From assembly GCA_001938485.1 (NCBI GenBank), contig MQRK01250014.1:1-52142 (forward strand): a stretch of DNA of 52,142 bases, in the 5' to 3' direction. The notes below the pieces were generated by a model. That model ran no database searches. It was not told the origin of the DNA and was given only the letters and a program-made list of their open reading frames with translations. The stretch comes from Girardia tigrina (taxonomy: Eukaryota). Below, piece by piece: positions 1-11,764 of the stretch. The position numbers and the translations under genes were made by a program. Within the stretch, counting starts at the first letter, position 1. Every line of letters begins with the position of its first letter.

Positions 1-108
1 CCGTACAAGATCCTCAGGTTCATTTCGCCACACCAGGTTGAAATTCAATTTTCGAATGGGGTGAAAAGAAGGCGCATTGAATGGCTCAAACGCTGGCCAG
101 GTTCTTGA
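1..108 (+). mobile_element. C-terminal end of a Ty3/Gypsy integrase (GPY/F region), followed by a polypurine tract and probable 3' LTR
   Basis: Frame 1 reads PYKILRFISPHQVEIQFSNGVKRRRIEWLKRWPGS*. It resembles the IRNVEWLKPF integrase end near 51380. It is followed directly by the purine run AGAGGGGGAGAA (~109-120). Confidence 0.7.
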
Positions 109-1187
109 AGAGGGGGAGAATTATGTGTGATTGATTAATTATTAAATAATGTTTGTTTTAATAATATATAGTTTTTGTACGCGGTTTAAAATATAGTTTT
201 GATTTGATGGATTTCAATGAAACGAAAAACGTAACTATGTATTTTTATATACAATTTAACACGTTCATGGTTGTAGACGAGTTGACTCTTCTAAGATTGA
301 CTTTATGATGCATAGTAAGAAGTTAACTTGTCCCCTGAAAAATGCATCGTATCACTGGAATAAATGGCTCCAATAGAAGAAGGACTAATTCATAAAGTAG
401 AAAGAATAACCATTAATTATAGACATAAATTTGACAAATAAAAGCGGAGATATAAAAATTTCTCTAGCAGAAATGTAACCGCGAAAGTTTTATTAAAAAT
501 TATTCAAGAAAAGATTTAAAATTGACATTTTAATCACAGAATGTTTTCAAAATCTTTTAACATAGATAAGTTTAACTTTCATGAAAATTTTTATCATTCC
601 GAAACCTTTTAAATATAAATTTTTTTCTTTGAATTCACGAATTCAGAAAGGAATAAAAAACAATAACTTTTACTGTTTATAAACTATTTCATCTTCATGG
701 AGTAACTTTACGCGCTAAATCTGAAAAACCATTTAAAGTATTATAATCACTGTTAAAGTAGTTTCTCTATAACTAAAGAGTTATGAAGACAGATGTATTT
801 TAAGATTTTTCGTGTCATGTAAATATCTTCATAACGAGATTGTATCTATAATGAAGAAAATAACATATCTTAATGACTAAATTACTGTGAATTTACAATT
901 TTATTAATGGATCAAGTTTAACAGATTCTATAGAAAATAATAATTCATGCATAACGAAAGTGTGCATTGTTGATAAAACAATTATTATTACACTTAATTT
1001 ATCTTGCTTTCTTTAATTTCAATTTTAGTTTTATAAAATTTAATGTTAGTTTTTCAAATCTTCAACTTATATACTGTAATTTGTCTATTTATTATGTGCA
1101 TTTATTGAGCTAAACCGAGTAAGATGGAGACACCGCTGCCAGAATGCTTCATTGATTATTGCTTAGTGTAGTGACTAAGTCACCAAT

Positions 1188-1192
<5 letters not shown>

Positions 1193-1234
<42 letters not shown>
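1193..1234. repeat. (TA)n microsatellite; others at ~10801-10821, 22075-22186, 23302-23330, 25543-25563 and 27277-27340
   Basis: Read directly from the sequence. Confidence 0.95.
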
Positions 1235-1237
<3 letters not shown>

Positions 1238-1304
1238 TAAAATAATAATTAGAATTGATTAAATAAAAAAATCAATAAAAAATATACATCTGTTTTCATT
1301 TAAT

Positions 1305-2379
1305 TAGGGCATTTCAACATTCATTAAGGGCCCTCTATAATATGTTATTTTTATTATTAAATTAATTATAATATCGATTATATCGATATCAAATGAAATA
1401 TGGTATAATATAAATGGAAAATATGTGAATAGAATGAAGCAACATCGTTCTCGATTACTCGTTCTATATAATGGGTACTGGGCTGCTGTTCCAAATGCAG
1501 TTCAGATTCCAAAATTTTCGATGTTTACGACTACGAATACATCAAAAACATTAACAATTCCGGTAATATCAACTCTGATTTAGCTGATTTAGCTGCATCC
1601 TCATTAATCATTACTGAATCATGTTGAAATTTATATACAGAATGTACTTTGACTCGTAAGAGGGACCTAAGAGTTTTGTGTTGTGAGTGCCCGATATCGG
1701 CGAGTCGCGCTTAGATTTATAGAAATCACGAAAAATGCTATTCATTTTGTTAAAGGAAAAGATCACGTATTGTTGATTTGTTCAGAGTAACAGATCTCTC
1801 TTATTATAAAATAAAATTTGATGAATATTTACCTCTTATTTTCTGATTTTGTTCTGCGTATAACAAATGACGATCATTTGAGGAATATTTCGTGAATGTC
1901 GTATGAAGATTTATTAAGCGTTCTCAAATAAAATTATTCAATTCTTGTCATTCTTAGTATTTGGAAAGGACACCAAATTTCCTTTTTTCTGGTGTTTCAT
2001 GTTTATTTTGCTTTTCCTTAGAGGACTGATGATGTTCCAGTAATAAATATCCATACTTTTATTTTATTTTATGGTTTTCTAGAATAAATTTTAATTTTCC
2101 CTAGTAAAACCTTAAATGCCCTTAATGAATGTAAAAAAAATGTAGGTATGTTTTTTAATTTGTTTGTGTGTATATGTGTATGCATTTGTGTATGTTTTTA
2201 TCTTTTATCCTTTATATATAAAAATTTAAAAAAAATTTATAAAATAAATTTATAAAAAATTAATACCCTTGGCAAATGAAAATCAGGCAATATTTTATTG
2301 GTTATTTTTCATTTTTCTTTGTATGCCTTGTCGTTTATATATATATATATATTCCCTTAACGAATGTAAAAAGGCCCTA
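1305..2379. mobile_element. Non-autonomous or decayed TIR DNA transposon, superfamily uncertain
   Basis: ~26-bp imperfect TIRs: TAGGGCATTTCAACATTCATTAAGGG (1305) and CCCTTAACGAATGTAAAAAGGCCCTA (2354-2379). A partial internal copy lies at ~2119. No clean TSD. Confidence 0.55.
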
Positions 2380-2889
2380 ATATAATATAAACGGGTGTAG
2401 AAAGCTGAACAACAAATTTCGCCATATTTCCTACAAACGACATATGCGGATTTTATCCTCTCCATCCAAACTCTTCAAAATTTATTCTTCAAAATTTACA
2501 AATCGAATCTCCTTACAATATTTTGATATCAATTAACTGTGATTTTTGTCATATCTTGGATTATATCTGTCTTATTTGACTCAATCGTAGAGATTAATGC
2601 GGTATTTGATTATTGCGAATTGTTGATATTGTAATATGATTTGTTTGTTATTATCGTTATTATTTTATTTGTTTTATAGTTAAAACTAGGCTCATTTGTA
2701 GCATTACATTTAACCAGTTAGCTTAGTTTTACACTTAGAAACCGAAATTATAGGCAATTATAAATAGTTAAATATCTCTGTTTGTCGCTTGGTTAAGCGT
2801 ATGAGTAAATTAGTGCATAATCATCTTTTACAATTAATTATTTAATTTCGTCTTACAATTCTCTTGTCAAATCTTTAAATACGCAATGA

Positions 2890-3280
2890 TGCCGACACTA
2901 TAAAAAGCGAAAGTAAATCACTTTAGCAGAAAAATTCAATATTATCAAGGCAGTGAAACGTAAAGGCAAAAAGACTTCTGCTGCGAAGAAATTTTGAATT
3001 CCGCTAAATATCCATTCTTCAATCCTAAGTCAGAGAGATAACATCATAGAAGAAGGATTCAAAAGTAGCTCTTTATCTATTAGGATAAAAATTTGAGAAG
3101 TGAAGTATAACGATAATTAACAAGCGCTTTTGCAGTGGCTCACATAAATCATCCATCAATGACCGAGATAGTCAAATAGTTTTCTGAATATTATGAACAT
3201 CCATACTTCAAGGCCAACATATGACATCGATTCCACAAAGATCATCATGGAGTAACATTACGTGCTAATTACTGAAATCA
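2890..3280 (+). pseudogene. Tigger/pogo transposase N-terminal remnant (CENP-B/psq HTH)
   Basis: Manual translation gives KRK*ITLAEKFNIIKAVKRKGKKTSAAKKF*IP...SSILSQRDNI, and later HHGVTLR. Several stops are present. Confidence 0.6.
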
Positions 3281-3896
3281 TAATTTGGTTCTCTGGTCCC
3301 AAAGAGTTTTTATGATTTATAAATAGTGTTTCCAAATCAGTTTTTATACTTTATTTCAGTATCAAGTACTAACTTTCCAATAAGAAATGGACAATAGTAA
3401 TTCATATCCCCAAACAAATACTCACCTTTTTAATACAATTTCCGCTTACAAATAGATTAACACTAGAACACCCAAACTGTTATTTTTGACCACTAGACAA
3501 CTTAAAACCGCGCCCACTTTAACATAATGATTCTTATCAACTTGATATATTCAAGCTCCTATCTAGCTAAGTTTTCCAAATTAACAAAAATAAAGTCGAC
3601 AAGAATTATCGTTTCACAATACGTGCAGTGTAAAATAAATTTGCGACCACAAATGACCGTTTAACTGGATTAGTGTTCAGTAACTTCCTTGAATGTTATA
3701 GTCAGTTTTCATGTTATAAATATTGTAAACTAAACATAATTTTATTTATCATTTAATTATAAATAAATTAAAGGTTAATTACAAATTTTGAATTAGGAAT
3801 TTCTCCGAAATTTTTAATTTAATTGAAAAAACAAGGAGGCATAAAAAACCATTATTTTTTGTGACTTTCCATTAATTTTGTCTTCTGTAATTTCAG

Positions 3897-4100
3897 TTGA
3901 AAAATTGTATTGGACTGATTTGCAAGAAACAAAATACAAAGGATAATAAAGAAGCTTGTGAGAAACTCACAACCATGGTGAAAAGAGCTTGCAAGTACTA
4001 CCCGAAATATTCGCAAAAAGCCAAACGATTGGTGATAATATTCATAAAATTCATCGAAAATCGACTCGAGAAAATATCAATTCAAAATGCTCTTTTGCTG
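3897..4100 (+). CDS. Candidate internal exon of an unidentified host gene
   Basis: A 204-nt open frame bounded by a pyrimidine-rich tttcag acceptor and a gtttgt donor. The next acceptor (ttttaacag) is at 4154. No recognisable homology. Confidence 0.3.
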
Positions 4101-5423
4101 GTTTGTTAATGTTTATATTGATTGTTATGAGCTATTTAACTTCTATTTTAACAGCTGCGCGCCTGTGCCAAGCAGATTTATCAGTGACATAAAGAAATAA
4201 TAACAAGAAATAGTTTGTTATAAAAGTTATTTCAATAAAATCCCCAATTGAAAAGAGAACATCGTGTACCTTTATTCTTGTAGTAAAATAAACAGTTAAA
4301 AATAATAATCAACGATTCATATTAAACAGATGAGACGTCTTCAGAATGAATGTGATCAAAAATTGTATAAATAAAAATATAATTTGAGCACATTTTAATA
4401 GCAAAGCATTTTAAAAATGATTTTATTAAAACTGTTATCATTGAGCCTTCTTCATTTCATTTATGAAAAAGATAAGTTTACTCATTTCCAATGGAAGCAC
4501 AAATGCAATAGGAAAACATTTCAAGTCGGCAGTCATTAAATTCCTATTAAATATAACTCCTATTTTAACTTTATCGGACTTGGAAATTTTCTTCCACACA
4601 AAATATTGATATTTATTTGAATTATCAACAGTATTAAATGATTGTGAGGAGTTAGTGGAATTCAGAGACGTATTGGAGCCCATACCATTCAATAAATCAT
4701 TGTTCTTCCATGTTTTTATATTTTCCAAGATTCGATCCGATAGTATCGAAACAATTAAATTTGCCTATCAATAGAATTTAATTTAATTTTTTTCTAAAGA
4801 CAGAATAAATAAAAATATAAATAAAAAAATATTCATGTACCCTGAAATCTCGTTATAAGCCTTAGGCTTAGTAGAGAAAAAAGGGTTTTTTTTGGCTTGG
4901 TAGAGGCTTAGTATTGTTGATGTCTTGAATGTAAAATTATATATAAATATATGAAATATATATAAAATATATACCACACGGTTGTGAAGGTGCCGTACGG
5001 CAGTTGGTGATGGTTCTGTGGTGTTTTTGATGAATAATGAGAATAATATTTTTTGAGAATGTTTATTTTTTTTTGAAGCCTGAGACTCCTCTTTCGATCA
5101 TTCCTGGGAATGAGAGATTAGTACGTCTCATTCCCCGGAATGGTGTCGAATTTTGGGAGCCTGTAACGGTGCCTGAAAACTGTATAAGAAAATGAATTAT
5201 AAGATTTTAAAAAAATGGATGTTTCGGGATCCACTTTCGATCATCCCTGGGATTGATTTCGAATTTGGGATCCCAAGTTTTTTAGTAAAATATATATAAA
5301 TAAAAAAAATATATATTTAAAAAAAATTAATTAAAAAAATATATCAACTCTTACTTGGAGTTTGTTTTGCAAAAAAATGAACATTTTGAAGAAAATTCCC
5401 CTTTTTGTTGATAGCTATTAGCT

Positions 5424-5607
5424 ATCGGCCGATTGGACGGCCTTAATGGAAAAATAAATTATCGGCCGTAATGGCCTAATAGACTTTTATGTTACGGCCT
5501 CAATGTCCTGAAAGTGAACATTAACGGCCTAATGGCCCAATTTGATTTGTTTTATGGCCTTAATGGCCTTTAATTAAATAATTTATTTATCTGGCCAAAA
5601 GGCCTAA
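5424..5607. repeat. Cluster of dispersed (C)GGCC(T)TAATGG motifs, probably the subterminal array of a nested non-autonomous element
   Basis: About a dozen GGCC-cored copies within ~180 bp of otherwise AT-rich DNA. Confidence 0.55.
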
Positions 5608-6250
5608 ATTATAATTTTAAATAAATTTTTTTTTAAATATTTTATATCTATAATATTTTATATATATAGCTCTAGTATAAATAGAGCAATATTTTTATAT
5701 AAAAGGAGGAAGAGAAAAGAAGAAAATTTGGAAAAAATTAAAAGAAAAATTAAATTCCTGTATAGGATTTTAAAATTATTTTATGCTGTATAGCATCTAA
5801 TATTTTCGCCTCCAATCATTCACAAAGTTGTACAATCCTTTGCTCAAGATTGTAATTGTATATTGAAATAAACGATTATTGAAAAAGTTTTGTTATTTAC
5901 TGGAATCAAGAGTTCATCGAGATTAAACGTTGGGTCAGATTATTGAGCGCCGAACACCAAACAAAATCCTTCTGATTTTGTGTTCAAATTCAATTCAAAT
6001 TAAATATCCAACAGTAGAGACTTAGTAAAGAAATTAGAAAAATTAATTAAAAATGTTTTTTTTTATTTTAATATAAAAACTTAAATCTGATCTTTATCAT
6101 CTTCTTCATCACTTCCAAAGTTTCTCTCATCCGTTAAAATATCAATGAGTTGATCACGAATTTCATCATTGGTTTCCATGTCATCATCGTTATCATCTGG
6201 GTCTTCTTCGGAGACTTGATCAATTTCTTCATCATCACCGTAGAATTTGA

Positions 6251-7340
6251 TTATAGTCTTTTTGAAACCACTTCATTCCATGCTTCTAAAATCCATTTCG
6301 TAATTTCTTTGTATGATACACGCTTTAAATTTCCAGATTTTGTGTAATTTTTGTAACCGTTTATGAGCCAATTTTCCCACCTGCTTCGAAGACGTGATTT
6401 GAACGATTTATTGACACTGATATCTAAGACTTGTAGTTTTTTAGTTAGACCTCCTGGAATCATAGCAATCAAAGTACCACTGCGATGGAATTTTTCCTTG
6501 GCGTTATCAGTTTTGTGACCAAGAGCACCATTGAGAATAAGGAATGATTTACGATTGAACATTACATTGTTTCACTTCATCCAAATTGCTTCCTGCCAAA
6601 GTAGAATTTCTGAAGCAGTCATACATGATTTTTCATTTGCCGAGACGATGACATTTGAAGGATGATTGAATTTAGGAATTGTTTTGCGAAGAAAAATGAT
6701 ATAAGCTGTAAGTTTTATTCTACTTGCTGTTACGCAAAGAACAACCGTGAAGCGTGAGTATTCAGAACCTGTAGTGGTAACACGAATATCAGATAACCCT
6801 TGAAAATCCATGGTGAATTTTGATGGCATATGAAAATATACTGAAACTTCGTCCATATTTCCAATATGATCAAGTGAATAGTTGTCTTTATGTTGAGTTA
6901 CGAAATCAATGAAAGATTTCATTTTTTGTTTCCAATCATCTGGGAGTTTCTGACCGACTGATGTCACTGCACGGCGAACAACACCATTTTGTTTCATGAA
7001 ATTGGAAACCCAACAGCAAGATCTTTTGAAGTCATTAATTTTCATCCAAATTGTATGTGCTTTTGCTTCACACTTAATAACCGTTCCAGACACTGGATGA
7101 CCTTCTTTACGCTGTGCAGCAAGCCAGGTCTTCATATGTGCCTATATTGCTGGGTATTTTGCTGATCCTTTTCTTCTTTTTCGCAGCTTCTATTTCTACT
7201 TGTTGTTTTTTCCATCGCCTAATTTGACTAATGTTTACTCTAAAGTGCTCAGCAGCTTTTGCTAGAGAATTATCGACTGCAAACTTGACAGCTTCGAGCT
7301 TATAATTCAACGTATAAGAATGTCGTTTTTGTGATGACAT
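6251..7340 (-). pseudogene. pogo (POGK-like) transposase, frameshifted into three ORFs
   Basis: Brinker-type DBD (KRHSYTLNYKLEAVKFA), CENP-B-type HTH, and DDE motifs IGNMDEV and IPGGLTKKLQVLDISVNKSFK. ORFs are 7107-7340, 6572-7135 and 6251-6562. Confidence 0.9.
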
Positions 7341-8099
7341 TTTAATTACCCTAAACTTTTTAAATTAATTATTCAATAACATGGATTTTATATTAAAAAT
7401 TAATTGCGAAGATTTTAGATAAAAATTCAGGTAGCGACTTAGTTAGAAAATAAATTAGAAAGCGACTTAAATTAGAAAAATTATGATGACCGAAATTATT
7501 TACTAAACCTCGGGCTTAGTAACTAGTAGAGGCTTATAATGAGATTTCAGGGTACGCTATTTTATATAAATTTGTGTTAATGGTAAAAACAAAAATATTA
7601 AAATGGGTCATGTTCCTAAAAACTATCAATAGTATCAAGTATGATGAGTTGATTAATTTTCTTTTTGCTGACAAAATTTACATAATTTAATAATATAAAT
7701 AAGTGTAAATTTTAAAAATATCATTTTTAAATTATAAATGTTGCATAAGAATATTTTAAAATAAATTTTGAAAACAAATTGATAAGTCAACGGAGATTTA
7801 TTTTTAAATCAAAAACCAACTTGCCGCAATTTCCCAGTTCAGCTAAACAATCGACATTAATCTGATTTGCTAATTCTCCACACAATTTTTGTTATATAAT
7901 TGAAATAAATTATAATTTTTTAATTGATTTGAAATAAAAAGGTTTTTAATGATTAGAACTAAATGTCTTAATAGTTTAAAACGAAAGTATAACTTTAAAA
8001 TAAATAAGATGAAATTAAATATTAAGTTTTAAAAAAATAATCAGGATTCAAAAATTAAAAGATTATTTAAAAAATAATATCGACGAATCAATTATTAAA

Positions 8100-8840
8100 T
8101 AATATTATTAATAAAAAATTTTTTTTATAAAAACAACCACGTTTTTCAAGCATTACCAATGCACTAAAAAGAGGAAAATAATTTTTTTCTAGACATGTGA
8201 GAAATTTTATACNNNNNNNNNNNNNNNNNNNNNNNNNNNNNNNNNNNNNNNNNNNNNNNNNNNNNNNNNNNNNNNNNNNNNNNNNNNNNNNNNNNNNNNN
8301 NNNNNNNNNNNNNNNNNNNNNNNNNNNNNNNNNNNNNNNNNNNNNNNNNNNNNNNNNNNNNNNNNNNNNNNNNNNNNNAATTGTATTGTCATCGGAAGCA
8401 AGCCTGTATAAAACTTCATTCATGAAAATAAACGAAAAGATTGCTATTTAATACAGTGTATAAATTTGTAGATAATCGTAAGTGGTTTTTTGAAAAACAA
8501 ATTAGAAAAAAATATTTTTTTTCAAATTTTTTTATCAAATTGTATTATCATCGGAAGGAAGCCTGTATAAAACTTCATTCATGAAAATAAATGAAAAGAT
8601 TGCTATTTAATACAGTGTATAAATTTGTAGATAATCATAAGTGGTTTTTTGCAAAAAAAATTAGAAAAAATTATTTTTTTTTAAAATTTTTTTTATAATA
8701 TTGTATTGTCATCGGAAGCAAGCCTGTATAAAAAAATTCAGCTCAATTGGATGACTGAAAGTGGTCGAAAAATCAATCGCAAGATTTGTTCCAGACAAAC
8801 AGACAAACAGACAAGAAAACAAGCTAATAAAAACGTGGTA
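8100..8840 (-). mobile_element. Helentron-associated non-autonomous element (HINE/DINE-1-like)
   Basis: Subterminal inverted repeats CCACGTTTTT (~8137) and AAAAACGTGG (~8829), a (CAGACAAA)n microsatellite at ~8792-8813, an internal ~160-bp tandem repeat and an AT-rich terminal palindrome. Inserted in an A/T run without a TSD. Confidence 0.75.
8379..8732. repeat. ~160-bp tandem repeat (two full copies plus one partial, probably more in the gap) inside the HINE
   Basis: The unit starts ATTGTATTGTCATCGGAAGCAAGCCTGTATAAAA, at ~8380, 8539 and 8700. Confidence 0.9.
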
Positions 8841-9829
8841 AAATAAGTTTAAACTTTGTGTCTAATATAATTATTTAATTGTCATATTATGACTGTTAAT
8901 ATTGACGTAACTAAGAATAAAGAAAACGGCAAGGACGATAATCATTTTATGCTAATGCACAAAGCTTAGACAAAGCTTAATGATTAGAACTAAATGTCTT
9001 AATAGTTTAAAACGAAAGTATAACTTTAAAATAAATAAGATGAAATTAAATATTAAGTTTTGAAAAAATAATCAGGATTCAAAAATTAAAAGATTATTTA
9101 AAAAATAATACCGACGAATCAATTATTAAAAATAAGTTTAAACTTTGTGTCTAATATAATTATTTAATTGTCATATTATGACTGATAATATTGACGTAAC
9201 TAAGAATAAAGAAAACGGCAAGGACGATAATCATTTTATGCTAATGCACAAAGCTTAGACAAAGTGGCTAAGTGACTTTTCGCATGAGTCCCTCACATAC
9301 GCAATGTATACAACAGATTTGTTAAATGTGAAAACATTGATAATCTACTTTCTCAAAGTAAATCATCTAAGATAAATAAAGTGCCTAAAATCACATAAAA
9401 CACGAAATGACCACAGAAAATCGAAAACAATAAATGTATTAAATGACCATATGCAAGATGGTGTTCGTATCAAAAAGGTTAAATGGTATTTGAAGATTCT
9501 TGTAAAAGAAGTTAATCTCACCAAGAAATTTAGAAAACTGGTTGATATAAACATATAGATTTTGTACTTTGGAATTCGACAATCGTGAGGAAATTTCTTT
9601 CCAGGCAACATTCAAGTAACGTTTTAGTAGCAGATGGTCAAATATGGTAATTGGATGAAATATTTGTAATAAACTGTACAGTTCGAATATTTAAAAGAGC
9701 TATACATCAGACTCATCTGTAAATTGTAATTTGAAGGTACTGGTCCCCTTGTTTTTAGAAGATTATGTGAATTTTTAAGAATGTACCAATTTTCTGTAGG
9801 TAACTTGTATTTAAATTTCAAGAGGATAT

Positions 9830-10908
9830 CGAATTTTAATAGATAAAAACTCTTGACACAGTTGTTCAACTTCATCGAATGCTTCGAATTTGCAGCCTTT
9901 CAAGAAGTATTGCATGGATCGGAAGAGGCCATAGTCGGATGGAGCGCAATCAGGACTGTAAGCAGGATACGGCAGGATTTCGACTCCATCCAACTCTGAA
10001 TCTGCCCATGGTCTTCTTGGCGGTATGGGGCTTGGCATTGTCTTAATGAAGCAGTGCACGTTTTTGGTTGATTAAGACAGGGTACTTATCCTTGAGCTTC
10101 TCGTAGAAACGGTCCAGCTGTTGAATATAGAGCTCTGCATTGATGGCCTGACCGTTCTGAACCAACTCAAAGTGCACGACTCCCTCAAAGTTCCACCAGA
10201 CGCACAACATTATTTTCAAGTCAAATCGATCTTGTTTTGGAACTGACGACGTTGCATGACCCGGTGGAACCCATCGCTTGTCTCGGTTGTGGTTGACCAA
10301 GTAGATCCACTTCTCGTCCGACGTCACAATTCGTTTCCGAAAACGGTCATCTCGTGGATTCTGTAGCAGTTGTCAGCAAATTTGGACTCTTTTATCGACC
10401 TGTGCTTTGGTGAGTTTGTGTGGTTCTCGACACAGTTTCTTGTGCACAAAATCGAGTTGCTTCAAATAAAAATGTTTGGTTGACTTGCCAACTCCAAGCT
10501 TAAATGCCAAATCGCCAGTGCTTGACGAAGGCTTCATATCTAAGTCTGCTTGCAAGTCATCGTTATCCAATTTTGTTGGTTGTCCAGAACGAGGACTGTC
10601 ATTCAAGTCAAAGTTGCCTTTATTGAAACTCTTGAACCAGTCAATTGCCGTACTTTTTCCGACTGTTTTTATACCTTCAACTTTGCAAATTGCCTTGGCA
10701 GCATCTCGTGTTGTCAAGCCTTTCTTCCAATAGTGACGCAGCAACACACGGATTTCAAGCTTTGTAATCTCGTAGTCCATATAATGATATAAATAAATCG
10801 ATATATATATATATATATATATCAATATCAAATTAATAATGGCAAAAAGAAATTTGAAAAAAATTGTATTTTCCTTATTGACCGGGAACTTCAAGGACAA
10901 CATAATAA
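9830..10908 (-). mobile_element. mariner (DD34D-type) transposon, degenerate and 3'-truncated
   Basis: HTH region, REPHKL (a WVPHEL variant), TSDEKWIY, MLCVWWNFEG and YPAYSPDCAPSDYGLFRSM. Probable 5' TIR at ~10880-10906. Confidence 0.9.
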
Positions 10909-11103
10909 TACCACAAATTACAACCGGTATACAGTATTTTGTTAGGTTTCAAGCACTTTTGTCTATAGACTGAATGGAACCCAATTTAGTTTCTCAGGGA
11001 CACTATAGACAAGAAAATCTGATTAGCTTGCACAACAGACCCTGATATTAATAACAATACTTTATAATAATAATAATTAATCTTCAATTATTAATAAATT
11101 ACC

Positions 11104-11279
11104 TTCTTTAAGGCTTTATTGAGCTGCTCCTCCCAAATGAGATTATTCTCTACAGTTGGTTTGGTGAGCAGATTGTGGGAGAAATTATTCTGTATGTTGT
11201 TCATCAGATTCTCGACATATAGAGAGTAGTTTTCGGGCTCCATTGAAGGAAGCTCCAAAGGTTCATGTGGCTCACTCAT
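11104..11279 (-). CDS. Candidate first coding exon of an unidentified host gene
   Basis: MSEPHEPLELP...NKALKK ends at an AAG|GTAATT donor-like site. No recognisable homology. Confidence 0.25.
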
Positions 11280-11764
11280 TTTTAAATTTTCATAATTTAT
11301 GATCAATACATTGAAATCTAATAATTCAAATTATTTATTTATCAATCGTAGAAAAGGAAAATAGTGAAAATTTTTAAGATAGAAACTATCTAATTTGAGT
11401 TTATCACTTGATGTAGAATTGAAAAATATATACGCATTATTAATGAATATAAAAAAATATTTGAAATAAAAACATTTTCGGATATCAATAATTTTAAAAT
11501 TTCCAAAAGAATAGCTGACCCATTAAAACAATTGAACAGATAATTGATGTTCGATTCGGAGATTTATATATTACGTTTTTTAAATGCTGTCATACTTACA
11601 TGGTAGAAATCCACCCAGTCCTATTTTCAATTGTTCCTATTTACACAATGCTTTATAATATCGCAACCAATTTTTCTGACTTTGTTACACTTTTTAACCA
11701 GTTACTTATTCCGAAATAGAAATCTTTAATTCTATTGCGTAAGAAAATTATTTATGTTTATTAG

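Larger units (their letters stand above)
4840..7552 (-). mobile_element. pogo-family DNA transposon, complete TIR to TIR, with nested insertions
   Basis: TIRs CCCTGAAATCTCGTTATAAGCCT (4840) and AGGCTTATAATGAGATTTCAGGG (ends 7552), each flanked by TA. Confidence 0.9.
7946..9264. repeat. Tandem duplication of a ~290-bp unit, with the first copy interrupted by the HINE
   Basis: 7946-8099 matches 8977-9130, and 8841-8975 matches 9130-9264, both near-identically. Confidence 0.9.

Noticed and set aside
8088-8451. ORFs with long X runs (also at 20779-21514, 37764-38080 and 39808-40233)
   Set aside because: They are artefacts of translating through N gaps.
8379-8732. Regularly spaced repeats suggesting a CRISPR array
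   Set aside because: The whole ~160-bp units are repeated with no unique spacers, the context is eukaryotic, and there are no cas genes.
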